From Nanobdellota archaeon (GTDB lineage Archaea > Nanobdellota > Nanobdellia > Pacearchaeales > GW2011-AR1), in assembly GCA_030698805.1 (NCBI GenBank), contig JAUYMA010000003.1:12167-76166 (forward strand): a stretch of 64,000 nt of DNA, read 5' to 3'. Below, one piece after another: positions 52,835-62,249 of this stretch. Positions within the stretch are counted from its first letter, which is position 1; each line of letters starts with the position of its first letter. Under the pieces are notes generated by a model that saw only the letters and a list, made by a program, of their open reading frames with translations, was not told where the DNA came from and searched no databases. Position numbers and translations under genes: made by a program.

Positions 52835-55834
52835 ATGGTTTTTATAAAAAAACTGGTGATGCACGGTTTCAAATCTTTTGCCAGAAAGACAGAAATTATC
52901 TTTGACAGGGGCATAAATGTAATTATAGGCCCTAATGGATCGGGTAAAAGTAATGTTTCTGATGCACTTTGCTTTGTTTTAGGAAGGCTATCTATCAAAT
53001 CTATCAGGGCTGCTAAATCCAAGAATCTTCTCTTTATGGGCTCTAAATATATTAAACCTGCCCGAGAGGCTTCAGTAGAGCTCGTATTTGATAATACTGA
53101 CCGGGCTTTCTCTATAGACCAAGATGAAGTTACAATAAAAAGGGCTGTAAAATATAACGGCCAGAGTGTATACAAGATCAATGATGAATTAAAGACAAGG
53201 ATTGAGATCATTGAGATGCTCGCCCAGGCAGGCATTGATCCTCATGGCTTCAACCTTATTCTACAAGGCCAGATTCAAGCAGTAGTTAAAATGCACCCTG
53301 AGGAAAGGAGAAAGATTATAGAAGAAGTGGCTGGAATCTCCATATACGAGTTAAGAAAAGAGAAATCTCTGCACGAACTCGAAAAAACAGAAGAAAAACT
53401 TAAGGAAGTTTCTGCAATACTAAGAGAAAGGACAGTTTATATGAGAAATCTTGACAAGGAAAGATCCCAAGCTTTAAGATTTAAGGAGCTTGAATCTAGT
53501 GTTAAGAGAATTAAGGGTTCAATTGTACATAAAAAACTTGAAGATAAGCAAAGAGAGCTTGAATCTATAGAGAAGTCTATTGCCACTAAAACAGAGCAAA
53601 AAGATAAAATTAAGGCTGGATGGGAAAAAGCAAAGCAGATGATTGAAGAAATATCTGAGAAAATAAATCAGATTAACAAAGACATTCAACAATCAACTGG
53701 GATAGAACAAGAAACGCTGCACAATCAGATTGCCAACTTAAAGGCTGAGATAGAAGGGCTCAAGGTAAGAAAGGAGAACTATGAGCATAGAAAAGCGGAG
53801 ATAGAAAGAAGAATAGAAGAGATGAGCAGATCTATTCCAGATATAGAGTCTGAAGTAAAAGGATTGAAAGAGAAGTCTCCTTTAATGGCCAAGAAAGCCC
53901 AAGAATTAAAGAAGAAGAAAGATGAGCTCGCCCAAATAGAAGAAGAGAGAAAAAGAGTTCTGACCTTCAAGTCGGAATTGTCCTCTTTACATGAAAGGAT
54001 TAAGGATAGAGAAAGACAGATAACCCACAATTCGGTTGAATCTGAATCTGTTCTAAAACAATTAGAAGAATATTCAAGAAATTTGGTTTACCACAATGAG
54101 GAAGAATGTAACAATAAGCTCAAAGAACTAAAGGACCATCTTGCTCGAAAAAGGGATGAAATAGATTCTTTACATCAGAGTGAATTAGAAAATGAAAGGG
54201 CCATCTCAGTTTCTGAATCTGAAATAGACCGTCACGGGAAAACTGTTAGTGATGTACAAAAGATTGATATTTGCCCCCTCTGCCAGAGCAAAATAACCCA
54301 AGAACACATTAGCCATGTATTAAAAGATGCAAGTGAGAAAACGAAAATTTCTAGGACAAAGCTATTTGAAGCCCAGCAGCAACTAGAAGAAATAAAGTCC
54401 AATAGGGAAAAAATCTGGAAAGAGATACAGGAAATTGGTGATAAAATATCTAAGGGAGATATTGAGCTTATCAAGCACAGAAATATAAAAGAGAAGAAAG
54501 AGCATTTGAAAAGGATTGTGGAAAGAGAGCAAGCCCTTAAAGATGAAATTAAAAACCTGCAGGAAAAAACTAAGAACCTTGAAAATAAGACTTTTGATTT
54601 CTCAAAGATCGATGAGAATTATAATTCTAAGATACTTGAAATAGAGGAGATATCTTCCAGAACAGAAGAAGATGTTGATACCACACTTCTCTATAAAGAG
54701 CGGGAGCTTGAGAAGATAAGGAACATTATTACAAGAAGCAGCCTAGATATAAAGGATCTTGAATCTTATATTAAAGATCTTTCTGGAAACCTTCACAGAA
54801 AAATAGGAGAGCTTGAGAATAAGGAAGATCTTGAGAGAAAGCTTAATGAGAAATTCAAGAAGATGTTTGAAAGAAGAGATGGATTACAAAAAGAAATACA
54901 AGAAAAAAGCGTCGAGTCCTCAGACATACAGAATAATGTTAGGCAGATTGAGGATCAAATAAATTACCTTAAGATAGGCAAGGCTAAAATTGATGCGGAG
55001 AGAGAATCATTAGACATGGAAATGAGCGATTATTCTGGAGTAGAATATATCCAAGCGAGTATTAACGCCTTAGAAGAGAGATTGGTAAAAACTCAGGAGG
55101 CGCTGAGAGAGATAGGTTCAATTAATATGCGGGCTCTGGAAATTTACGATGAAATAAAGAAAGAATATGATGAAGTACAAGAAAAAGTCAACACTATTGA
55201 AAAAGAAAGGCAAGAGATCCTAAAGATTATTGATGAAATTGACGCAAAAAAGAGGAGATCGTTCATGAAAGCCTTCAAGGGAATAAATGAACTCTTTACC
55301 CGTAACTTTGCCCAACTCTATAATAAAGGAATTGCTTTCCTGGAGCTTGAGAATAAGGAAGACATTTTTGCAGGAGGGGTGAATATTGTCGTGAGACTTG
55401 CTAAGGGCAAATACTTTGATGTTACCTCTTTATCTGGAGGCGAGCAAACTCTTGTTGCCTTGTCCCTGCTTTTTGCAATACAGGAATACAAACCTTATCA
55501 CTTCTACATTTTTGATGAAATTGACGCGGCATTAGACAAAAGAAATTCTGAAAGGCTTGCGGCTCTGCTGGGGCAATATATGAAATCAGGCCAATATATA
55601 GTTATCACCCACAATGATGCGATCATTATGAATTCTAATATCCTTTATGGGGTAAGCATGCATGAAGGAGTATCTAAAGTGTTGAGTCTCAAGATGGATG
55701 AGCCTCTTCCTCCTGAAATTATTGCAAGAGAAGAGAATTCCTCTCCGCTTGAAGAAAATAACGCTAAAGAAGAAATCTTAGATGAAGCTCCTTTGGCTGC
55801 TGAGACTTTGGAGGAACCGAAAGAGAATGAGTAA
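52835..55834 (+). CDS. smc: SMC-family chromosome ATPase with central CxxC (hook-like) instead of an obvious hinge
   Basis: SMC head motifs: HGFKSFA, Walker A GPNGSGKSN, signature LSGGEQTLVALSLLFAIQ, Walker B FYIFDEIDAALD. Long charged coiled-coil arms. CPLC at codons 480-483 of 999. Confidence 0.8.
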   Translation: MVFIKKLVMHGFKSFARKTEIIFDRGINVIIGPNGSGKSNVSDALCFVLGRLSIKSIRAAKSKNLLFMGSKYIKPAREASVELVFDNTDRAFSIDQDEVTIKRAVKYNGQSVYKINDELKTRIEIIEMLAQAGIDPHGFNLILQGQIQAVVKMHPEERRKIIEEVAGISIYELRKEKSLHELEKTEEKLKEVSAILRERTVYMRNLDKERSQALRFKELESSVKRIKGSIVHKKLEDKQRELESIEKSIATKTEQKDKIKAGWEKAKQMIEEISEKINQINKDIQQSTGIEQETLHNQIANLKAEIEGLKVRKENYEHRKAEIERRIEEMSRSIPDIESEVKGLKEKSPLMAKKAQELKKKKDELAQIEEERKRVLTFKSELSSLHERIKDRERQITHNSVESESVLKQLEEYSRNLVYHNEEECNNKLKELKDHLARKRDEIDSLHQSELENERAISVSESEIDRHGKTVSDVQKIDICPLCQSKITQEHISHVLKDASEKTKISRTKLFEAQQQLEEIKSNREKIWKEIQEIGDKISKGDIELIKHRNIKEKKEHLKRIVEREQALKDEIKNLQEKTKNLENKTFDFSKIDENYNSKILEIEEISSRTEEDVDTTLLYKERELEKIRNIITRSSLDIKDLESYIKDLSGNLHRKIGELENKEDLERKLNEKFKKMFERRDGLQKEIQEKSVESSDIQNNVRQIEDQINYLKIGKAKIDAERESLDMEMSDYSGVEYIQASINALEERLVKTQEALREIGSINMRALEIYDEIKKEYDEVQEKVNTIEKERQEILKIIDEIDAKKRRSFMKAFKGINELFTRNFAQLYNKGIAFLELENKEDIFAGGVNIVVRLAKGKYFDVTSLSGGEQTLVALSLLFAIQEYKPYHFYIFDEIDAALDKRNSERLAALLGQYMKSGQYIVITHNDAIIMNSNILYGVSMHEGVSKVLSLKMDEPLPPEIIAREENSSPLEENNAKEEILDEAPLAAETLEEPKENE

Positions 55835-56321
55835 TTATCCTTCTCAGAAATTTAGTTTAAAAAACGAAACTTACATGATAAGCGTTGCTGACTTATTTAA
55901 TAGCCGTCTATTGGATGCGTTCGCAAAGGGAGATTTCCCCATAAATCCTTTAGAAAGCACTATGAAGATTAGATATTTCCCTCGGGAGAGCACTAAAGAC
56001 CGCATTAGAGAAACTATTGTCCCTGTATCCACTGTTTTCCCAGAGGGCATCGAGACTCTCGCTATGAGCTATGAAATTAGGGTTCCTTTGATACAAATGT
56101 CTATGAAGAATAATTTTCTACCGGATGAAAGATTTAAAACAGGTAGAGATGGACCTCTTTTTTTGCTCCATCCTGATTATAGCATATCCTGCGAAATCAT
56201 TGGGAGCCATGAGGAAGAAAGAGAAAGAGTAAATTCTGTAGATTCTATTAAACGAATTATAACAAGATTATATGATGAAGTTGCCCTTTTAGGTTCAGCA
56301 GTCAGAATTCCCCAAGCGTAG
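55827..56321 (+). CDS. hypothetical protein translationally coupled to the SMC-like gene
   Basis: ATG 55827 lies in an 8-nt overlap (ATGAGTAA) with the SMC stop. 164 aa; no motif recognised. Confidence 0.4.
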   Translation: MSNYPSQKFSLKNETYMISVADLFNSRLLDAFAKGDFPINPLESTMKIRYFPRESTKDRIRETIVPVSTVFPEGIETLAMSYEIRVPLIQMSMKNNFLPDERFKTGRDGPLFLLHPDYSISCEIIGSHEEERERVNSVDSIKRIITRLYDEVALLGSAVRIPQA

Positions 56322-56991
56322 ATTGTTTTTTAATTTTCTCCTCAAATAATTCTTTCCAAGTCATCCAACTTTTTCTAAATATTCCTGAATTTTCAAGTGC
56401 CTGACCATTCTTTTTAAGAAATAGCTTTGTGGCAGGATCTGAAGGATAACCTGAGCCAATATTACCATATTTTTCATATTCATCTCTTATTTTTTCTACA
56501 CTTTCTTCTCGAGCTACTTTTGCCAAGATCGAGGCTGCTGAAACAGAAGGGTGATTTACATCAGCTTTATGCTCACATATTATCTCTAAATTGTCTTTGT
56601 TCTTGATATAATTAAGAAGTGTCAGTCTCCAGGCTTTAGTGTTTACAGAGGGACAATCAACAATCACCTGAATCTTGTCCTTTATTCCCAGGCAAATTTC
56701 ATTTATTATCTCTGCTGTTTTAATGGCTTCTAGAGTGTTAAGATTGATCCCTGAAGCAATGGACTTGTCTATTTGGGAAGGTGTTGATTGGACTACTTTA
56801 TACTTTATCGCAGTATCTTTGATTAGTCCTGCTAATTTTATTCTTGCTGGATGAAGTAATTTTTTTGAGTCTTTAACACCCTCACTTTTCAACATAATTT
56901 CATTTTCTTTTTTTAATAAAACTCCTCCAAGAAACATACTCCCTATGATCGGGCCCCTGCCTGCATCGTCTATGCCTAATATGAGTGCCAT
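56302..56991 (-). CDS. rnhB: ribonuclease HII
   Basis: N-terminal ILGIDDAGRGPIIGSM (the DEDD-type first Asp motif of RNase HII), DSKKL and later SAASILAKV. Confidence 0.9.
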   Translation of the reverse strand: MALILGIDDAGRGPIIGSMFLGGVLLKKENEIMLKSEGVKDSKKLLHPARIKLAGLIKDTAIKYKVVQSTPSQIDKSIASGINLNTLEAIKTAEIINEICLGIKDKIQVIVDCPSVNTKAWRLTLLNYIKNKDNLEIICEHKADVNHPSVSAASILAKVAREESVEKIRDEYEKYGNIGSGYPSDPATKLFLKKNGQALENSGIFRKSWMTWKELFEEKIKKQSTLGEF

Positions 56992-57031
56992 CTATTCATA
57001 AAAAAAGAGGATTATAAAAATGTGATGATTG

Positions 57032-58267
57032 CTAAGCAGGAAAATCTCCTGGGCTAATTGTTACAATAGTGGGTTCCCGTATATTGGCTACATATCTGAT
57101 CTGATCTAAACTAATTCTTTCATAATCTTCATTTATCCTGAAAAAAGATTCTGCTCCGCGCCCGTCATCCTCCCTTCTAAGCAGATGAGTCATTAGATCT
57201 TCTTTATCAAACTCAGTGTTATCTTCCCGGCCCCTTGCCATTATCTTTAATCTGTCTAGTTCTCGTTCTTCCATGTGTATAGCAGAGTTAAATCCCTCCC
57301 TTATGAGATCGTATATTTCTTTTACTTTATGAGGAGAGATTCCCGCCTTAACAACGTACAACCCATATCCTCTTCCACAATCCAACTCTCCTTCGACCCC
57401 GTATGCTTCTCCCCTTCTTTCCCTTATTGTGTAATTTAACTCTGAAAAAGTTCCCTCTGTTAGATAAGTATCTAATAAGATAAATGCATTGAATAAGTGG
57501 TCTGAAGGGAAAGGTGTATGCGTAGCAAATCCAAAATGGCATTGTTCTAAACCTTCTTTTATCACTGTCCTACAACCTTTTTCCTGCGGCTGAATGATTA
57601 TTCCTTCTGAATCTCCTTGACCGTTTCCATTCAGAGAGCTTTTTTCTAACCTTGATTCAAACTCTCCAGCCAGGTCATTAAAATTTACTTTCCCTACCGC
57701 AACAATAGTGAAGTGGGAAGGCGAATAACCTTTCTGCCACAGATGTAGCATATCAGTGGTAGTCATTCTTTCTACCGATTCTTTTGTTCCTAAGATTGGG
57801 CCTGCGAATGGTGGCAGGTATAATTCGTTATGGGCCAAAGAGGATACTAGCTCTGCAGGATCATCATTGGCCCTTTCTATCTCTCTGTAGATTACCTTCC
57901 TTTCTATACCTAGATTTTGGGGCGAGAACTCTGGAGACCTATTGGCAAGTTCAGTTAAAAAAGAAACTCCTATGTCTGCCTGGTCTTGAGCAAGAGTGCA
58001 ATGCACAACAGTATGCAGATAATCTGTCCAGGCATTCCAGTTTCCACCGTGGTCTTCTATCATTCTTGCAAGCTCATTCCTTAGGCTGTTTTGTTTGCTC
58101 TTGAATAATAAGTGCTCTAAGAAATGATGTGATCCTTCTAGCTCTGCAGGATCATGCGCTGAACCTCGAGGCACTAAAAGGCCCAAGGCTAGATTTGGTT
58201 TTGTTCCTGCAAAATCACACCCTATAAATTTTGCCCCGCAAGATAAAGTCTTCCGATACAGTTCCAT
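57032..58267 (-). CDS. M16-family (pitrilysin/insulinase-like) zinc peptidase
   Basis: Inverted zincin motif H-x-x-E-H in GSHHFLEHLLF, with downstream E candidates. 411 aa. Confidence 0.8.
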   Translation of the reverse strand: MELYRKTLSCGAKFIGCDFAGTKPNLALGLLVPRGSAHDPAELEGSHHFLEHLLFKSKQNSLRNELARMIEDHGGNWNAWTDYLHTVVHCTLAQDQADIGVSFLTELANRSPEFSPQNLGIERKVIYREIERANDDPAELVSSLAHNELYLPPFAGPILGTKESVERMTTTDMLHLWQKGYSPSHFTIVAVGKVNFNDLAGEFESRLEKSSLNGNGQGDSEGIIIQPQEKGCRTVIKEGLEQCHFGFATHTPFPSDHLFNAFILLDTYLTEGTFSELNYTIRERRGEAYGVEGELDCGRGYGLYVVKAGISPHKVKEIYDLIREGFNSAIHMEERELDRLKIMARGREDNTEFDKEDLMTHLLRREDDGRGAESFFRINEDYERISLDQIRYVANIREPTIVTISPGDFPA

Positions 58268-58320
58268 GGGAAAAAGTCATCTATTGAACTTTAATAAACT
58301 TTATGTATATTTATTTTTAC

Positions 58321-58629
58321 TCAAAGTTTAGAGATAATTTGGGAAAAATCTTCTATTTTTCCCTCTTTAACCTTTATTCCTTCTCTTTTCAACATTTTAA
58401 TTTTCCTTTTCACTCCAAAAGCGAATCCTCCTATTCTTCCATCGGAACAAACCACTCTATGGCAGGGCACTATCGGTGCATAGGGATTGCAGTGCATTGC
58501 CTGCCCAACTGCTCGATATGCTTTTGTGCCCAAGGCTTCAGCTAAGGCCTTATAGGTAGTTACCTTTCCTTTTGGGACTTGCCTGAGAAAAGAATAACAT
58601 CTTTCTGCAAAAGAATCTTTTTTTGTCAT
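58321..58629 (-). CDS. ogt: methylated-DNA-protein-cysteine methyltransferase (MGMT/Ogt C-terminal domain only)
   Basis: Active-site PCHRV in IVPCHRVVCSDGRIGGF, preceded by the helix-turn-helix TTYKALAEALG. Confidence 0.85.
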   Translation of the reverse strand: MTKKDSFAERCYSFLRQVPKGKVTTYKALAEALGTKAYRAVGQAMHCNPYAPIVPCHRVVCSDGRIGGFAFGVKRKIKMLKREGIKVKEGKIEDFSQIISKL

Positions 58630-58724
58630 GCTATATCTAATTTGGAGAGATTTTAATATTTAATGCATGCTCCCTTCTTTCATAAAGTTTTTATACCCCT
58701 AATCTAAATAAATAGGGTGGCAAA

Positions 58725-59150
58725 ATGAAAGAAGGAAAATTAGATTGGGGTTTTTTTGCAGTTAGAATTATTCTAGGAGCAATGTTCTTTTTAGCTGGCT
58801 TGGGTAAATTCTTAATGGTTCAAAAAGTTGGAAATGCCGGAATTGCCACTATGATTGGGAACATAGGTTTTCCTGTTCCTGGAATTTTCGCTTGGATTCT
58901 TATATTCTCTGAACTTATCTTTGGCCTATTATTAATAATTGGTTGGAAGACTAAGTATATAGTCTGGCCTTTGATAATCATTTTAGCAGTTGCAACATTA
59001 GGAGTGCTTATTCCGGGGGCAGTGAAATCTGGAGGAGACATATTTAGAATATTAAGCTCTAACTTATTCTTCCATATATTGGGGATTGCAGTATTAGTCT
59101 TGCTTTTCCTACGAGGCCCTGGAAAGATTGCCCTGGATAAAAAAGAATAA
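58725..59150 (+). CDS. DoxX-family membrane protein
   Basis: FAVRIILGAMFFLAGLGKFL is typical of DoxX; four TM helices. Confidence 0.7.
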   Translation: MKEGKLDWGFFAVRIILGAMFFLAGLGKFLMVQKVGNAGIATMIGNIGFPVPGIFAWILIFSELIFGLLLIIGWKTKYIVWPLIIILAVATLGVLIPGAVKSGGDIFRILSSNLFFHILGIAVLVLLFLRGPGKIALDKKE

Positions 59151-59154
59151 TTCT

Positions 59155-60204
59155 ATGATTAGAATCGTTATTATTGGAGGAGGTTTTGCTGGAGCTATCG
59201 CGGCCAAGTATCTTGAGAAAGATAAAAGATTACAGATAACTTTAATTGATACCAAATCTTATTTTGAATTTACTCCCGGAATATTAAGAACTATTGTCCA
59301 TCCTGAACATTTTGAAAAAATGAGGGTTTTGCATTCACATTATCTTAAAAGGTCAAAAATTATTTGCGGAGAAGTGATTGAATTAAAAAATAACTCTCTC
59401 TTTGTTAAATCAAAGAACAAGAAAGAAATGATTGATTTTGACTATTGCTTGATCGCTTCTGGATCAAAATATGAAACTCCTATTAAAGACTACAAATTGG
59501 TTATTGCGTCTAGATCTGAAGAACTGATATCTTATCACAAAAAATTAGAATCTGCGCAAGAAGTGTTAATTATTGGAGGAGGGCTAGTAGGGGTAGAGCT
59601 TGCTGCAGAGATATTGGATGAATATAAGGATAAGAAAATAACTATGATTGACCCGAATAATTGTTTGATGGCAAGACAAGGCCATAAAGCTCAGAGGCAT
59701 GTTAAAGAATTTTTGGAGAGATATGTAAAAATAGTTCTCGAAGATAAAGTAACCCATGTTAAAGATGGAACATATTTCACCCAAAAAGGATCTCGCTTGA
59801 GGCCGGATATTGCTTTCTTCTGCACTGGGATTAAACCTAATTTTTCATTCCTCAGCAAGAATTTTAACAATCAATTGGATAAAAACGGCCGGATTAAAGT
59901 TAATTCTTCCTTGCAGGTAGAGAATTGTAAAAGAATTTTTGCAGCAGGAGATATATGCAATATAAACCAAGAGGCCCTAGCTCAAAATGCTGAGATAATG
60001 GGAAGACTTGCTGCAAAAAATATTATAAGGCAAATAGATAAAATTCCCCTTTTAGAGTATAAGCCTAAACCCCGAGTGATGGTTATAAGTCTGGGAAAAT
60101 TTAATGGATTAATTACTTATAAAAAAATAGTTATTACTGGAATCCCGGCTGCTTTTATGAAATGGGCTGTTGAAAAATGGGCAATGTTCGGAATTAGAAA
60201 CTAA
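59155..60204 (+). CDS. FAD-dependent pyridine nucleotide-disulfide oxidoreductase (NDH-2 / AIF-like)
   Basis: From ATG 59155: IVIIGGGFAGAIAA (FAD), VLIIGGGLVGVELAAE (NAD(P)H) and IFAAGDIC. Confidence 0.8.
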   Translation: MIRIVIIGGGFAGAIAAKYLEKDKRLQITLIDTKSYFEFTPGILRTIVHPEHFEKMRVLHSHYLKRSKIICGEVIELKNNSLFVKSKNKKEMIDFDYCLIASGSKYETPIKDYKLVIASRSEELISYHKKLESAQEVLIIGGGLVGVELAAEILDEYKDKKITMIDPNNCLMARQGHKAQRHVKEFLERYVKIVLEDKVTHVKDGTYFTQKGSRLRPDIAFFCTGIKPNFSFLSKNFNNQLDKNGRIKVNSSLQVENCKRIFAAGDICNINQEALAQNAEIMGRLAAKNIIRQIDKIPLLEYKPKPRVMVISLGKFNGLITYKKIVITGIPAAFMKWAVEKWAMFGIRN

Positions 60205-61077
60205 TTAAGTTAGAAATGTAGAGAGCAGGATGGCTGAGATTATAGCCAAAACTATTCCAATCTTCTGATGGTACTTGAGCCTTTCTTTATTTACATATAT
60301 CCCCAATAGGACTGCGATTATTATATAGCTCTCAGATATGGCTACTGCTATTGCGATAGGGGTCAGAACCATTGCAAAACCAAAAGCCAGCCAAGCTGAA
60401 TTATCGAGCAGGGACATTATTAAAGCAAACTTTTTATTTGTCATTACATCTTTTCTTAATTTTCTAAATTTACCTTGACAAAATAATACAATAGAAGCAA
60501 CTATGACAAATACTAAATCAAAGAAGAATTTTGCCAGTAATGGATTAGTCTCCCTGGATCCTATGCCTATAAAGAAATTGGCAAATCCCATAGTGACTGC
60601 CGCTAGTATTGCTATGAAGACAGATCTTTCCAACCAGATGTGTTTCTTAAATTTTATAGACTTTAAAGAAACTAAGACTAAGCCTATAATAAGGCCAGAT
60701 ATGAGGCCTATTTCATAAGAGCTTATTGTCTCCGATATTATAAAGAAAGCTGCGAGGGCTGAGACTGGAATCTCTAAAGACCATAAAGGCTCAACAACTG
60801 CGAGCTTGCCTCTTTTGAGAGCCTCTAAATCTAAAATTCCCGCCGCGAGATAGATTAGGGATGCTGCCAATAACAGAACTGTGTGGTCAAAAGAGGAAAA
60901 TAAGTCAATAAAGTCTTTGTAAACAAACGGCAATAATACCAAGGCCCCAAAAAGAGTAATGATAAATAAAGTTTCCCAATTTCCAAACTTCCTAGTAGAC
61001 TTCTGTATCAGAAAATCACCAAAACCCCAACATAACATTGCAATAAAAGCAAAAATTATTCCTAATTCCAAACCCAT
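60205..61077 (-). CDS. EamA/DMT-superfamily transporter
   Basis: About 10 TM helices in a duplicated 5+5 arrangement; 290 aa. Assignment by architecture only. Confidence 0.55.
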   Translation of the reverse strand: MGLELGIIFAFIAMLCWGFGDFLIQKSTRKFGNWETLFIITLFGALVLLPFVYKDFIDLFSSFDHTVLLLAASLIYLAAGILDLEALKRGKLAVVEPLWSLEIPVSALAAFFIISETISSYEIGLISGLIIGLVLVSLKSIKFKKHIWLERSVFIAILAAVTMGFANFFIGIGSRETNPLLAKFFFDLVFVIVASIVLFCQGKFRKLRKDVMTNKKFALIMSLLDNSAWLAFGFAMVLTPIAIAVAISESYIIIAVLLGIYVNKERLKYHQKIGIVLAIISAILLSTFLT

Positions 61078-61124
61078 TTAACTTTTAAGAAAATTAATCA
61101 TTTAAAGCTTACTTAAAATAAAAA

Positions 61125-61200
61125 TAGCGCGGGTGGGATTTGAACCGCACGACCTCGAGGTTATGGGCCTCGCGAGCACTCCAGGCTGCTCTACCGCGCT
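61125..61200 (-). tRNA. tRNA-Met (CAU), initiator-like (A1:U72), with C33 and a bulged T stem
   Basis: Hand-folded. AGCGCGG-UA-GAGC-AGCCUGGAGU-GCUC-G-CGAGG-CCCAUAA-CCUCG-AGGUC-GUG(C)GG-UUCAAAU-CCCAC-CCGCGCU-A. No encoded CCA. Confidence 0.75.
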
Positions 61201-61224
61201 ATACTTATAGGGGTATGGGAGGAC

Positions 61225-61232
61225 TTTTAAAG
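61225..61232 (-). promoter_or_regulatory. TATA-like box for tRNA-Met
   Basis: TTTAAAAG on the minus strand, 25-32 nt upstream of the tRNA 5' end. Confidence 0.5.
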
Positions 61233-61252
61233 TTTGCCATCGTATAATTGAC

Positions 61253-61873
61253 ATGGTAAAAACGCAAACTCATCAGAATACGAGACTGCTTATTCTTTCA
61301 AACATCCCAAATTTCTTGAGTATTAGCAGGATTATACTTACATTTATTATAATTTATATGATATTCACTAATTTTAAGATTAGCACGATTATTGTTGTTT
61401 TTGTAGTTGCGGCACTAACTGACTGGTTTGATGGGCAACTAGCAAGAAAATTCAAGTGGGTTAGCGAATTCGGGAGAAAAGCAGATATGATCGCCGATAG
61501 ATTCTTATGGATGGGGACGGCAACTGCTTTTGTTGTAGTCTTTGGAATCAAGGGTTATTTGACAGGTTTCCATGGAATTATGCTGCTCTTAACAATGACT
61601 CGAGAAGTTATTACCGCACCTTTTGCTTTGATTGCTTTTGTTTCAGGAAAGGAGATCCCTCAGGCAAGATATGTTGCTAAAGTTACTACCTTCGTCCAAG
61701 GCTTTGCTTTGCCTGCTATTATGATAGCTGTACTTTACCCAATATGGAATTACTTAGCTTTGCCTTTGTCTATTGCCTGCTGTGGCCTGGGATTTCTGTC
61801 TGCAATGCATTATATTAATGATATAAGAATTCAGGAGCAGAAAAATGTCCGGACCAAGCGAAGGAAAAATTAA
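61253..61873 (+). CDS. CDP-alcohol phosphatidyltransferase (archaeal polar-lipid head-group synthase)
   Basis: Signature D-x2-D-G-x2-A-R-x8-G-x3-D-x3-D in LTDWFDGQLARKFKWVSEFGRKADMIADR; multiple TM helices. Confidence 0.85.
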   Translation: MVKTQTHQNTRLLILSNIPNFLSISRIILTFIIIYMIFTNFKISTIIVVFVVAALTDWFDGQLARKFKWVSEFGRKADMIADRFLWMGTATAFVVVFGIKGYLTGFHGIMLLLTMTREVITAPFALIAFVSGKEIPQARYVAKVTTFVQGFALPAIMIAVLYPIWNYLALPLSIACCGLGFLSAMHYINDIRIQEQKNVRTKRRKN

Positions 61874-62081
61874 TCTGGGAAAGGCAGATGTCTACATTCA
61901 TTTGAAAGGCAAGTCCGGAGCGAGTGTCACTCATATTGATATAGAATTAGAAAGTTTAAATAAGATAATAAAGCCTGGTGAAAGCAGTTATGTCGGTGGC
62001 AAAGAAGGGGGAGTTTTTCTTGGGTTGAAGAAAGAGATGATTGAAAAAGCTGAGAAGATTGCTAAAAATTCTAATAAGTAG
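61845..62081 (+). CDS. hypothetical small protein
   Basis: 78-codon ORF overlapping the upstream gene end by 29 nt; no motif. Confidence 0.3.
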   Translation: MSGPSEGKINLGKADVYIHLKGKSGASVTHIDIELESLNKIIKPGESSYVGGKEGGVFLGLKKEMIEKAEKIAKNSNK

Positions 62082-62249
62082 ACTCGAGTGTAGAAAGGAA
62101 TAAATACTATTAACACCTCTATAAATTATCTGACGGATTTAGTGATATTAATAGGTTCTTCCTATGTAATTGTCACCTTATCCAGTAACAAAAAAATCAC
62201 GGCAAAGTTTATATAGGATTTTGCTTTGTATTAACTATACAATTACAAA

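Noticed and set aside
58303-58545. 80-codon plus-strand ORF antisense to the MGMT gene
   Set aside because: The minus-strand frame carries the diagnostic PCHRV active site. The plus-strand frame is low-complexity (Phe/Ser/Tyr-rich).
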